Shown: positions 9,410 to 19,011 of the stretch, piece by piece
Position numbering within the stretch: the first letter of the stretch is position 1
Layout: each line of letters opens with the position of its first letter
Source: an uncultured Candidatus Competibacteraceae bacterium
GTDB taxonomy: Bacteria > Pseudomonadota > Gammaproteobacteria > Competibacterales > Competibacteraceae
Assembly: GCA_964508935.1 (NCBI GenBank)
Contig: CAZDVY010000001.1
Coordinates: forward strand, 7,493 to 71,492
DNA length: 64,000 nucleotides
Direction of reading: 5' to 3'
The notes under the pieces: model-generated
What the model saw: only the letters and a program-made list of their open reading frames with translations
Databases searched by the model: none
What the model was told of the DNA's origin: nothing
Position numbers and translations under genes: made by a program

Positions 9410-10234
9410 GTGACGTACCACGCATCCAGCGCCTCCCTCCCCTGGGAACAGGGCGCCAGCAGCCATCCGGGCGGTCGCCGGGAACAGCAGGATCGCTGGG
9501 GTATCTTCGAGTCCCCCAGCCGGCAGGAGCTGCTGGCGATTGTGGCCGACGGTATGGGCGGACATCAGGACGGCGCATTAGGTGCGCAAATCGTTATTGA
9601 CACCGCCCGGAATTTTGTTCTTGACCCGCCGAAACTACTGCAATCCGACCCACTCGCCGCGCTCGACGGGCTATGCCAGCAGATGCATGCCACGATCAAT
9701 CAGCAGTCGGAAACCGCCCGCAGTACCCTGGTGATGGTCTGGCTCACTGCGGCGCATGCCTACTGGCTGAATGTCGGCGACAGCCGGTTGTATCACTTCC
9801 GGCGCGGCCGCCGAATAATGCGCACCCGCGACCACTCGGCGGTACAACTTCTCATGGATCTCGGCGAAATCAATGAGTCCCAGATGGCCACACATCCGGC
9901 ACAGAACCGGCTCTATCGCTGTCTGGGCGGCGAGGAACTCCCTAAAGCCGACCGGGGTGATTTTGCCGTTCAAGCCGGCGATCTGCTGGCGCTGTGTTCG
10001 GACGGTGTCTGGGAGCATGTAACGGAAGTCGAGTTCTGGACGGCAACACAGCACCATGGTCCTGCGGATGCCGCTCGCCTGCTGGCTGAGGAAGCGGCGC
10101 GGCGCGGCGGCACAACCGCAGACAACACCACGCTGGTGCTGTTGCGGGCGAGCAATACTGTGGCTGAAACGGCGACCTGGCTGCGTCGATTGTCGGCGGG
10201 TTTTACGTCGTTGTTCAACCGTACCCCTCGCTAG
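9410..10234 (+). CDS. PP2C-family Ser/Thr protein phosphatase (locus A)
   Basis: PP2C motifs GRREQQD, AIVADGMGGHQDG, CSDGVWE and TADNTTLVLL. I prefer GTG 9410 (GGAGG 7 nt upstream). The ORF is open from TTG 9356. Confidence 0.8.
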   Translation: MTYHASSASLPWEQGASSHPGGRREQQDRWGIFESPSRQELLAIVADGMGGHQDGALGAQIVIDTARNFVLDPPKLLQSDPLAALDGLCQQMHATINQQSETARSTLVMVWLTAAHAYWLNVGDSRLYHFRRGRRIMRTRDHSAVQLLMDLGEINESQMATHPAQNRLYRCLGGEELPKADRGDFAVQAGDLLALCSDGVWEHVTEVEFWTATQHHGPADAARLLAEEAARRGGTTADNTTLVLLRASNTVAETATWLRRLSAGFTSLFNRTPR

Positions 10235-10285
10235 TCCCCCGCCACTCCGATTCCGCCAGCACCGACCATTCCAAAGGGCAGCCCG

Positions 10286-12913
10286 ATGACCGAGGAAACC
10301 AACGCGCTCCCCACCGGCTACAACCTGCATCGTTACCAAATCGGAGGGGTGTTGGGTGCCGGCGGTTTCGGCATCACCTATCGGGCCATCCACGAAGCGC
10401 TGCAAAACCAAGTCGCCATTAAAGAATATTTCCCGGCTGAATGGGCGTATCGCGATCACAATAATATTACAGTCCGCCCCAATGCCCAGGGTCAAATACC
10501 GGCGCGTCAGGGTGAGCCGCCCTGTTATCAATGGGGCCTGGAACGGTTTCTGGACGAAGCCAAGATTCTGGTGCAGGTCAACCATCCTGGCGTGGTGCGG
10601 GTGCGTGATTACTTCACGGCCAACGGCAGCGCCTATATCGTCATGGAATATGAAGATGGCGAATCATTAAGCGCACTGTTGCAACGGGGCGGCATCCTGC
10701 CTGAACCTGAATTGCGCCGTCTGCTGGACGATGTGATGCCGGCGCTGGAAGCCGTCCACAGTCAAAACTACCTGCATCGGGATTTGAAGCCGAGTAACCT
10801 GTATATCCGCAACCACGATGGTCACGTTATACTGCTTGATTTTGGCGCGGCACGGCAGGCACTGGGCCGACGCACCCGGAGCGTAACCAGTGTTGTCACG
10901 CCTGGCTACTCGCCGATTGAGCAATATGTCACGGTTGGTGAGGATTATGGCCCTTGGACCGACATCTATGCCCTCGGCGCTGTCATGTACCGGTGCATCA
11001 CCGGGGCGCCGCCCATCGAAGCGCCAGGTCGGGTACTCAAGGATCCCGTCCAGCCCGCTATGGAAGTAGGTGCTGGCCTGTATTCGCGTGGACTGTTGCA
11101 AGTCGTCGACCAGGCACTAGCGGTTCGTCCCGAGGAGCGCTTTCAAAGCGTGGCTGCCATGCGGCAGGCGCTACAGGCTGCTGATCGATCCAACGATCAT
11201 GCCGATTTTTCCCAGATTCCCCCAATCCATGACAGCTTACTAGATTTGCCGTCGGCCACTCCCTCGCTGCACTTCAAGCCGATTCCTCCGCGTTCGGACT
11301 CTCCACAGCGATCACCGACTCCCTCCGCCGTACCCACTGAGACGCCTCGCGGGCGTGAATCTTCGTCTTCGCCTTCTCAACACCCTGTGCCTGGCTGGAC
11401 GCTGGATCGTATCGAACCGCGCGTATCGCCGGCGAGCGCCGCTGATCGTGGAGCGCCATCGCCGCTTGAGCTCACCGACGCTGATCTATCCCTGCCAATG
11501 CTGGAAAGTATCTGGGAACATTTGGACGAGAGCCCACCGTCGGTTGATCTGACTGCCGCTGACAGCATTCCCTCGGCAAATTTGACCGCGCAGGCCTCAC
11601 CGCCGGCAGAATCCTCGGAACCCCTGCTCAAACGGTCACCGCAATCGGTGCTGGAACACCTGAAGAAAGCTTCATCCAAACGGGCCCTGCTCACGGAATC
11701 GCGTTCTTCCCCCCGGACCTTGACCGTTTTCGGGGAAACCGATACTCCGCAGTCCATGTCGGGTAGTACGGAAGCCGCGTCAGATCTGGCTGAGCCAATC
11801 GCTGATTCCGGACCAGTCCACTGGACGCGAGTGCTACTGGCGGTTTTTGCCGTTTCCGGACTGTCAGGCATCGGCCTGCTCTCCTACGAGTACTATCACA
11901 CCCTCCAGGAACAGCGCCAGCGTGAAGCTGCCGTCTTGCAGCGCCAGCAGGAGGAAGCAGCGGTCCAACGCGCTCAGGCAGAAACCCGCGAGCGTGAGAC
12001 AGAATTCGCCAAACACCTCGAACAAGCCCGCAAGGCCATAGCCGACCAGCTATGGGATCGGGCTGGCCTCTATCTGGATCGGGCGGCAGCGATCAATCCC
12101 CAGCATCCGGCGCTGGCCACGGCCCGCACTGAACTGCTCGCTGCCCAGAATCCGGGGGTTATGGTCAAAACCCACACTGACCCTATTACTGGCCTGGAAT
12201 TGAATTGGATTAAAGGCGGCTGTTTCAACATGGGTAGTCCACCTACCGAACGGGATCGCAGCAGCGACGAATCCGTTCATCAGACCTGCGTCAAAGACTT
12301 CTGGATCGGCAAAACCGAGGTGACCAACAGCCAGTTCCGGCGCTTCAAACCTACGCACAACAGCGGTTCCTTCCAGGGGCGCTCTCTGAACGGAGACACC
12401 CAGCCAGCAGTCAACTTGAACTGGGATGACGCCCAGGCCTTCGTCGAATGGCTGAACTGGGAAACGGGTTCCGGCAAGCGCTTTCGACTGCCGACTGAAG
12501 CGGAATGGGAATACGCCGCCCGCGCTGGTGCCGCCACCCGCTATTACTGGGGCAACGAAATCGATCCCCGCTACGCCAACTTTTCCGACCGCAATGATCC
12601 TACTGGCGCATCCGTCGGTAATCTGGACGATGGTCAATCCGTGACGGCGCCAGTGGGAACTTACCGGCCCAACGTGCTGGGCCTGCATGACATGGCAGGA
12701 AATGTCTGGGAATGGACCTGTTCGGAATACCAGCCGAATCACGGCGGTGAGGAACAGCGCTGTTCGGCCAAGCCGGCTAACGAAGGCCAGCGGACCGTGC
12801 GGGGGGGGTCCTGGAACAATGGCCCCGGTGAACTGCGTTCGGCCAAGCGGCTGCCCCGGAAACCCGGCGACCGCGACGCATTGACCGGATTCCGAGTCGT
12901 TATGGAAGAATAG
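10286..12913 (+). CDS. Receptor Ser/Thr protein kinase with C-terminal FGE-sulfatase-fold ectodomain (locus A)
   Basis: Hanks motifs LGAGGFGITY, VAIKEYFP, HRDLKPSNL, LLDFGAAR, TPGYSPIEQY. Pro/Ser-rich linker, then TM helix WTRVLLAVFAVSGLSGIGLLSY (about 11818-11890) and a coiled-coil segment. FGE fold from about 12190 (GLELNWIKGGCFNMGS...RLPTEAEWEYAARAG...GLHDMAGNVWEWT...RGGSW). Confidence 0.85.
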   Translation: MTEETNALPTGYNLHRYQIGGVLGAGGFGITYRAIHEALQNQVAIKEYFPAEWAYRDHNNITVRPNAQGQIPARQGEPPCYQWGLERFLDEAKILVQVNHPGVVRVRDYFTANGSAYIVMEYEDGESLSALLQRGGILPEPELRRLLDDVMPALEAVHSQNYLHRDLKPSNLYIRNHDGHVILLDFGAARQALGRRTRSVTSVVTPGYSPIEQYVTVGEDYGPWTDIYALGAVMYRCITGAPPIEAPGRVLKDPVQPAMEVGAGLYSRGLLQVVDQALAVRPEERFQSVAAMRQALQAADRSNDHADFSQIPPIHDSLLDLPSATPSLHFKPIPPRSDSPQRSPTPSAVPTETPRGRESSSSPSQHPVPGWTLDRIEPRVSPASAADRGAPSPLELTDADLSLPMLESIWEHLDESPPSVDLTAADSIPSANLTAQASPPAESSEPLLKRSPQSVLEHLKKASSKRALLTESRSSPRTLTVFGETDTPQSMSGSTEAASDLAEPIADSGPVHWTRVLLAVFAVSGLSGIGLLSYEYYHTLQEQRQREAAVLQRQQEEAAVQRAQAETRERETEFAKHLEQARKAIADQLWDRAGLYLDRAAAINPQHPALATARTELLAAQNPGVMVKTHTDPITGLELNWIKGGCFNMGSPPTERDRSSDESVHQTCVKDFWIGKTEVTNSQFRRFKPTHNSGSFQGRSLNGDTQPAVNLNWDDAQAFVEWLNWETGSGKRFRLPTEAEWEYAARAGAATRYYWGNEIDPRYANFSDRNDPTGASVGNLDDGQSVTAPVGTYRPNVLGLHDMAGNVWEWTCSEYQPNHGGEEQRCSAKPANEGQRTVRGGSWNNGPGELRSAKRLPRKPGDRDALTGFRVVMEE

Positions 12914-12933
12914 GGATGCAGTTCGCTGTGTCC

Positions 12934-13389
12934 CTACTTGCCGCGACGGCTGACCATGAAGATGGCGGTTCCTTCAACGACAACCTTGTCGCCTACCGTG
13001 CAGACAGTATTCATGATGACCCGCCGGCGATCCGGGATAATCTCCTGGATAGTGCATAGCGCCGTCACGGTGTCGCCGATCCGTACCGGCGCCTTGAAAC
13101 GCAGTTGCTGATCGACGTAGACACAGCCGGGGCCAGGCAGGCGGGTGCCAGCTACGCAGGAGATCAGCCCGGCGCAGAACATGCCATGCACGATGCGGCT
13201 CTTGAATTGCGTCTGCGTCGCGAAGACTTCGTTACAATGCACCGGGTTATTATCGCCCGTTAATCCGGCAAACATCACGACATCGGTTTCAGTGACGGTC
13301 TTGGCGTGCGAAGCGCTCATACCGACCTTCAAATCTTCCAGATAATAACCGTGGATGCTGTCGTTATAACCTTCATGGTTGGAATACAT
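12934..13389 (-). CDS. MaoC-like (R)-specific enoyl-CoA hydratase (PhaJ-like hot-dog fold)
   Basis: FAGLTGDNNPVHCNEVFATQTQFKSRIVHGMF is the MaoC dehydratase motif. 151 aa from ATG 13389 (GGAGAC upstream). The longer track ORF to 13440 is probably an over-extension. Confidence 0.8.
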   Translation of the reverse strand: MYSNHEGYNDSIHGYYLEDLKVGMSASHAKTVTETDVVMFAGLTGDNNPVHCNEVFATQTQFKSRIVHGMFCAGLISCVAGTRLPGPGCVYVDQQLRFKAPVRIGDTVTALCTIQEIIPDRRRVIMNTVCTVGDKVVVEGTAIFMVSRRGK

Positions 13390-13578
13390 GTCTGTCTCCA
13401 CTGGATAAATGTTGATAGGGTGAGAAACGCAGCAACACATAGCCTACACGACCGGGCCACTTCTTAACCAATAAATGCATTGCATCCCCCGGGGGGACTA
13501 AATACCATAACTTGGCAAGATTTTACCCCTTTCTGGATTCATTTCATCATCACGCGCAACCCTAGACGAAGGTCAACA

Positions 13579-14328
13579 ATGAAAATTCTAGTCGCCGTAA
13601 AACGGGTCGTGGATTACAACGTCAAGGTTCGGGCCAAGGCGGACGGTTCCGGCGTGGAAACCGCTAACGTCAAAATGTCCATGAATCCCTTTGACGAAAT
13701 CGCCGTGGAAGAAGCGGTGCGTTTACAGGAAACTGGCAAGGCCAAGGAAATCGTAGCGGTTTCGCTGGGCGTCGCCGCCTGTCAGGACACCCTGCGCACC
13801 GCCCTGGCCATGGGTGCTGACCGGGGCATTCTGGTGGAAACCGATGTCGAACTGCAACCGTTGGCGGTCGCCAAGCTGCTTAAGGCGGTCGTCGAGAAGG
13901 AAAAACCGGATTTGATCATTCTCGGCAAGCAGGCCATTGATGACGACGCCAATCAAACCGGGCAAATGTTAGCAGCGTTGCTCGGCTGGGCGCAGGGCGC
14001 CTTTGCCTCGAAAGTGGAACTGGGCGATGGGACGGTCACCGTCACCCGCGAAATCGACGGTGGTCTGGAAACGGTCGCACTGCAACTGCCCGCGCTGGTC
14101 ACGACGGACTTGCGGCTGAACGAGCCGCGCTTCGTCAAGTTGCCCAACATTATGAAAGCCAAGAAAAAGCCGCTGGACGTACTGAAACCCGCCGATCTCG
14201 GCGTGGATATCACGCCGCGCCTAGTCACCTTGAAGGTGCAGGAACCGCCCAAGCGCCAGGCCGGCATCAAGGTTGATACCGTCGCCGCCCTGGTCGACAA
14301 GTTGCACAAAGAAGCCCACGTCATCTAA
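13579..14328 (+). CDS. etfB: Electron transfer flavoprotein beta subunit
   Basis: [49 protein letters not shown] is the canonical EtfB N-terminus. 249 aa from ATG 13579. Confidence 0.92.
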   Translation: MKILVAVKRVVDYNVKVRAKADGSGVETANVKMSMNPFDEIAVEEAVRLQETGKAKEIVAVSLGVAACQDTLRTALAMGADRGILVETDVELQPLAVAKLLKAVVEKEKPDLIILGKQAIDDDANQTGQMLAALLGWAQGAFASKVELGDGTVTVTREIDGGLETVALQLPALVTTDLRLNEPRFVKLPNIMKAKKKPLDVLKPADLGVDITPRLVTLKVQEPPKRQAGIKVDTVAALVDKLHKEAHVI

Positions 14329-14346
14329 CGCCTCCGGGGTCCGAAC

Positions 14347-15297
14347 ATGAGCATTCTGGTCATTGCTGAACACGACAACGCCGTCCTCAAGGCGGCGACC
14401 CTGAACACCATCACCGCCGCGACCCAACTGGGCGACGACGTCCAGGTACTGGTTGCGGGTCACGGCTGCAGCGCGGTCGCCCAAGCCGCTGCCCAAGTTG
14501 CAGGTGTCAAGAAGGTGCTGGTTGCCGACGCTTCACATTACGCTCATCAACTGGCGGAAAACCTGGCGGCGCTGGTGGTCGGGTTAGCGGGTGGTTACAG
14601 CCATATCCTCGCCCCGGCGACCGCTGCGGGAAAAAATACCCTGCCACGGGTCGCCGCGTTGCTGGACGTGGCGCAAGTTTCCGAAGTCACCAAGATCGAA
14701 AGCGCCGACACCTTCGTCCGTCCGATCTACGCCGGCAACGTGTTGGCCACCGTCCAGTCCAAGGATACGGTCAAGGTGCTCACAGTACGCGGCACAGCTT
14801 TCCCAGCAGCGGCGGCGACTGGCGGTTCCGCCTCTATTGAGGCTATCGCTCCCGTAGCGGATGCTGGCATATCCCGTTTTGTCAGCCAGCAACTCACCCA
14901 ATCCAACCGTCCGGAACTGACCGCGGCCCGCATCATCATTTCCGGCGGGCGCGGTATGGGTAATGGCGACAATTTCAAGTTGCTGGAAGACGTGGCCGAC
15001 AAGCTGAACGCCGCAGTCGGCGCTTCCCGTGCGGCGGTGGACGCCGGTTTCGTTCCCAACGACTATCAGGTGGGTCAAACCGGCAAGGTGGTCGCCCCGG
15101 AAATGTACATTGCCGTCGGTATTTCGGGCGCCATCCAGCATTTAGCCGGCATGAAGGACAGCAAGGTGATCGTCGCCATCAACAAGGATGAAGAAGCGCC
15201 GATCTTCCAGGTCGCTGATTATGGCCTGGTGGCCGATCTGTTCGTCGCCGTGCCCGAATTCTCTAAAGAATTGGACAAACTGAAAGCGGCTGGCTAA
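14347..15297 (+). CDS. etfA: Electron transfer flavoprotein alpha subunit
   Basis: 316 aa, with the C-terminal FAD-binding signature [37 protein letters not shown]. Lies 18 nt after etfB. Confidence 0.92.
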   Translation: MSILVIAEHDNAVLKAATLNTITAATQLGDDVQVLVAGHGCSAVAQAAAQVAGVKKVLVADASHYAHQLAENLAALVVGLAGGYSHILAPATAAGKNTLPRVAALLDVAQVSEVTKIESADTFVRPIYAGNVLATVQSKDTVKVLTVRGTAFPAAAATGGSASIEAIAPVADAGISRFVSQQLTQSNRPELTAARIIISGGRGMGNGDNFKLLEDVADKLNAAVGASRAAVDAGFVPNDYQVGQTGKVVAPEMYIAVGISGAIQHLAGMKDSKVIVAINKDEEAPIFQVADYGLVADLFVAVPEFSKELDKLKAAG

Positions 15298-15402
15298 AAA
15301 CCCGCCGACCCTTTTCGCGGACCCTCTTTCCGGCTTCTCAACGCCGGGAGCGGGTTTGCCACGCAAATCCCGAACCCCGAATCCTTAATCCAGGAGGCGT
15401 TC

Positions 15403-17196
15403 ATGACCGCCTATTTCGCCCCAACCCGCGACATGCAGTTTGTTATCAATGAATTGGCCGGCTTTGCCGAGGTCGCCACGCTCCCCGCCTTCGCCGAGCA
15501 GGAAGCCGGCCCGGAACTGGTCGAGGCCGTGCTGGAAGAAGCCGCGAAGCTGGCTGCCGAAGTGCTGGCGCCGCTCAACAAGACCGGCGACATTCTCGGC
15601 GCCCATGTGCATCCTGAACAAGGCGTCATCCCCGCCGATGGTTTCGCCGAGGCGTATCAGAAGTTCATCGAGGGCGGCTGGAATGGCATCGGCAGCCCGG
15701 CTGAATACGGCGGCCAAGGCTTGCCGGAACTGATCAACACCGCAACCCAGGAAATGTGGAATTCCGCCAATATGGCCTTCGCGCTGTGTCCCATGCTCAA
15801 CGGCGGCGCAATTGAAGCCATCAGCCGGGCGGGTTCTGCACAACAGCAGGCGCTGTACCTGCCGAAGATGATCAGCGGTGAGTGGACCGGCACCATGAAC
15901 CTGACGGAATCACAGGCCGGCTCCGATCTGTCCGCGGTGCGCACCCGCGCCGTCCCGGAAGGCGATCATTACCGCATCTTCGGCCAGAAAATTTTCATCA
16001 CCTGGGGCGAACATAACATGACGGCCAACACCATTCATCTGGTCCTGGCCCGTACCCCAGACGCCCCGGAAGGCGTCAAGGGCATTTCGCTATTCATCGT
16101 CCCCAAGTTCCTGGTTAATCCAGACGGTTCACTGGGTGCGCGCAATGACGTGCACGCCGTATCCGTCGAACACAAGTTGGGTATCCACGCCAGTCCGACC
16201 TGCGTGATGGCCTTCGGTGACCAGGAGGGGGCTATCGGCTATCTGGTCGGCCAGGAAAACAAGGGGCTGGCCTACATGTTCATCATGATGAACGAGGCCC
16301 GCTTCAAGGTCGGCGTGCAGGGACTGGCGATTGGCGAGCGCGCCTATCAGGCCGCCCGCGAATACGCCAAGGACCGGGTGCAGGGGCGACCCGTCGGGGT
16401 CAAGAGCGGCGACCGGGTGACGATCATTCATCATCCCGACGTGCGGCGGATGTTGATGACCATGAAGGCGCAAAACGAGGCCATGCGTGCGCTGGCCTAT
16501 GTCACCGCCAAGCACATGGACCTGGCTCGTCATCATCCCGATCCGGCGGTGCGCAAGGCGCAGCAGGCGCGGGTTGACCTGTTGATCCCGGTCGTTAAGG
16601 GCTGGGAGACCGAACTGGGTATCGAGGTCGCCTCACTGGGCGTCCAGGTGCATGGCGGCATGGGCTTCATTGAAGAAACCGGCGCTTGTCAGCACCTGCG
16701 CGATTCCCGCATCGCCACGATCTACGAAGGCACCACCGGCATTCAGGCCGCTGACCTGGCGGGCCGCAAGCTGAGCATGGATCAGGGTGCGACGATGCAG
16801 GCGCTGATTGCGGATATGGAAGCGACGATAGCCGATCTGGGCGCAGCGCCGGGCGATGACCTTGCAACTATCCGCGCTGCGCTGGGCGACGGTGTCAAAG
16901 CGTTAACCGAAGCGACCCGGTGGATTCTAGCCAGCCGCGATCCCAATGCAGTGATGGCAGTCTCTGTCGACTATCTGATGCTCACCGGCTACGTCTGTGG
17001 TGGTTGGCAGATGGCCCGCGCCGCCCGAGTGGCGCAAAGCAAACTGGCGTCCGGCGAGGACCCGGTGTTCCATGAAGCCAAGCTGATTACCGCCCGCTTC
17101 TACGCCGAACATATCCTGCCGAAGGCTGGCGCACTGTCGCGTTCAGTTCAGCATGGCGGTGTTTCCATGATGGCGTTGACTGAAGAACAGTTTTAA
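15403..17196 (+). CDS. Long (597 aa) acyl-CoA dehydrogenase with C-terminal extension
   Basis: ACAD-type motifs GTMNLTESQAGSDL, IFITWGEH and IYEGTTGIQAADL. The N-terminal MQFVINEL... and the ~600 aa size are typical of the FadE/PA0506-like long ACAD class. Follows etfBA. Confidence 0.85.
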   Translation: MTAYFAPTRDMQFVINELAGFAEVATLPAFAEQEAGPELVEAVLEEAAKLAAEVLAPLNKTGDILGAHVHPEQGVIPADGFAEAYQKFIEGGWNGIGSPAEYGGQGLPELINTATQEMWNSANMAFALCPMLNGGAIEAISRAGSAQQQALYLPKMISGEWTGTMNLTESQAGSDLSAVRTRAVPEGDHYRIFGQKIFITWGEHNMTANTIHLVLARTPDAPEGVKGISLFIVPKFLVNPDGSLGARNDVHAVSVEHKLGIHASPTCVMAFGDQEGAIGYLVGQENKGLAYMFIMMNEARFKVGVQGLAIGERAYQAAREYAKDRVQGRPVGVKSGDRVTIIHHPDVRRMLMTMKAQNEAMRALAYVTAKHMDLARHHPDPAVRKAQQARVDLLIPVVKGWETELGIEVASLGVQVHGGMGFIEETGACQHLRDSRIATIYEGTTGIQAADLAGRKLSMDQGATMQALIADMEATIADLGAAPGDDLATIRAALGDGVKALTEATRWILASRDPNAVMAVSVDYLMLTGYVCGGWQMARAARVAQSKLASGEDPVFHEAKLITARFYAEHILPKAGALSRSVQHGGVSMMALTEEQF

Positions 17197-17214
17197 CAGC
17201 CATATTATGGTTGC

Positions 17215-17244
17215 TTGGTTTCCACGCTTCGGCATGGAAACCAA
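17215..17244 (+). terminator. Stem-loop 19 nt after the acyl-CoA dehydrogenase stop (terminator/processing candidate, no U-tract)
   Basis: ttggtttcca (17215-17224) pairs perfectly with tggaaaccaa (17235-17244). The loop cgcttcggca can close further as gc-UUCG-gc (UUCG tetraloop). No T-run follows, so it is not a classical intrinsic terminator. Confidence 0.4.
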
Positions 17245-17463
17245 GCTGATCCTAGTCATTCGCCAATAGCGGTTTATTCGCTCAGATTGGCAAACAGATG
17301 AAACCCCAAGATGAGCCGGGCTGGCGAACTGGAAACACAAATCCTGGACTGGGAGAAATCGCATTGCAGCGATCGCTAGTACGCTGTCATCTGAACTTCC
17401 TGTATTTTTCAGGGGTGGACCCCCTCAAAATCTTACTGACAGGACACTAGCCAGGTTTAGTGG

Positions 17464-18999
17464 ATGGAATCCCATTTTCGTATACTAAAATCCCCTGAAT
17501 CCCTTACGGCAGATCCTGAATCTGTAGGCGCTTACGTCATGACCGAACTCACCATCCGCGAGTCTGCAATCTCCCGCGCCAATCTGCTGGACCGCACCAT
17601 GCACAATCTTCGCGAGGCGTGGCGCGACATGGCTGACTGGCGTGGAGGACTGTTTTCCGCAGCCCCCAGTCCGCATCTGCCCGACAAGGATGCGGAAACC
17701 CTGAAAACCCAGATGCGCGACTGTCTGGAAGCACGCGGCGGCGAAGTCTCGGCCCGCGCCCGCGCCGCCAATCTGGGGCGCATCTACCTGTCGCTGAACG
17801 CCCAAGGTCGCCAGCGGTTTTTGCAAATCCTGGCCCGTGAGTTCGACATCGACCGTCGGGCGGTGGACAAAGCGGCGGCAGCTCTGCAACAAGCCAGCGA
17901 TGATCTCAAGGAGCGCGCTAAAGCGGAACGGGCGTTGCGTCAAGCCCTGCAACCGCCGCGCCTGAGATTGTTGGCGCAACTCAACGCCCTGCCCGAAGGT
18001 TTTCTGTTCCTGGTGGACTTGCGTGAGGAGCTGCTGGGCTGGAGCAGGGACGATCCGACGCTGGCGGCGCTGGAGCGGGATTTGCTGTCGCTGTTGGCTT
18101 CCTGGTTTGATGTCGGTTTTCTGGAGCTGCGGCGCATCACCTGGGATTCGCCTGCTTCCCTGCTGGAAAAAATGATCGCCTATGAAGCAGTGCATCCCAT
18201 CCGCAGTTGGGATGATCTGAAAAACCGGCTCAGCTCCGACCGGCGCTGTTTCGCGTTTTTTCATCCGCGCATGGCCAGTGAGCCGTTGATCATCGTTCAG
18301 GTGGCGCTGGTTCACGGCATCGCCGACAATGTCCAGACCCTGCTGGATGAAACCGCGCCGGTCATCGATCCGCAGACGGCGGACACAGCAATTTTCTATT
18401 CCATTTCCAACGCCCATGACGGTTTGAGCGGCATCAGCTTCGGCAATTTCCTGATCAAACGGGTGGTCGATGAGCTGGCGGGTGAATTCAAGAATCTCAA
18501 GACCTTCGCTACCCTGTCGCCGATTCCCGGGTTCCGTCAGTGGCTGGATCGCAAACTGAATGACTCCAAAAACAGCGAGGAGGTGGAAAGCGAGTGGCTG
18601 ACCGCCGCCGAGCGCAAGGCGCTGGCCAGTGCGGCGGGGACGGGTAAGGAGCCGGCTTCGCTGAAAACCCTGTTGCAAACGGACTGGTCGCAAAAGCCGG
18701 AGCTGGCCAAGGCATTGAAGCATCCGCTGATGCGGTTGTGCGCTCGTTATCTGGTCAAGGAAAAGCACAATGGCGGCCCGGTGCTGGATCGGGTGGCGCG
18801 CTTCCACCTCTCCAATGGCTCACGCATTGAACGACTGAACTGGCTGGCGGATACCTCGGCCAATGGCATCGCCCAGTCGGCGGGCCTGATGGTGAACTAC
18901 CTCTATAAACTCAGCGATATTGAGGCCAATCACGAAGCCTATCGCGGTGAGGGCAAGGTCACCACGTCATCGGCGATCCGCGCCCTGCTCAAGCACTGA
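17464..18999 (+). CDS. Malonyl-CoA decarboxylase
   Basis: MCD-family blocks EAVHPIRSWDDLKNRL, FFHPRMASEPLIIVQVAL, FYSISN, GLSGISFGNFLIKRVV, LKTFATLSPIPGFRQWL and VARFHLSNGSRIERLNWLADTS...GLMVNYLY. ATG 17539 (MTELTIRE) is an alternative start. Confidence 0.85.
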   Translation: MESHFRILKSPESLTADPESVGAYVMTELTIRESAISRANLLDRTMHNLREAWRDMADWRGGLFSAAPSPHLPDKDAETLKTQMRDCLEARGGEVSARARAANLGRIYLSLNAQGRQRFLQILAREFDIDRRAVDKAAAALQQASDDLKERAKAERALRQALQPPRLRLLAQLNALPEGFLFLVDLREELLGWSRDDPTLAALERDLLSLLASWFDVGFLELRRITWDSPASLLEKMIAYEAVHPIRSWDDLKNRLSSDRRCFAFFHPRMASEPLIIVQVALVHGIADNVQTLLDETAPVIDPQTADTAIFYSISNAHDGLSGISFGNFLIKRVVDELAGEFKNLKTFATLSPIPGFRQWLDRKLNDSKNSEEVESEWLTAAERKALASAAGTGKEPASLKTLLQTDWSQKPELAKALKHPLMRLCARYLVKEKHNGGPVLDRVARFHLSNGSRIERLNWLADTSANGIAQSAGLMVNYLYKLSDIEANHEAYRGEGKVTTSSAIRALLKH

Positions 19000-19011
19000 G
19001 CGGCAACGCCC

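Noticed and set aside
12050-12742. Three mutually similar antisense ORFs (12050-12742, 48378-49166, 50275-51072; shared strings such as FPFRFSRQS / FPLRFGRQT) that could look like a conserved hidden gene family
   Set aside because: Each lies exactly opposite an FGE-fold coding segment. Their similarity simply mirrors conservation of the sense-strand paralogues. They have no independent start or RBS support.
17366-17373. GCGATCGC (cyanobacterial HIP1-type palindrome) seen at about 17366 and again near 49186
   Set aside because: I noticed only two occurrences in 64 kb, so it is not over-represented. It has no bearing on taxonomy or function.
17485-18807. 440-aa ORF on the minus strand
   Set aside because: It is entirely antisense to the malonyl-CoA decarboxylase gene, which has clear family motifs. 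Its composition (Arg/Gln/Pro/Gly-rich, no motifs) is typical of spurious long frames in GC-rich DNA.
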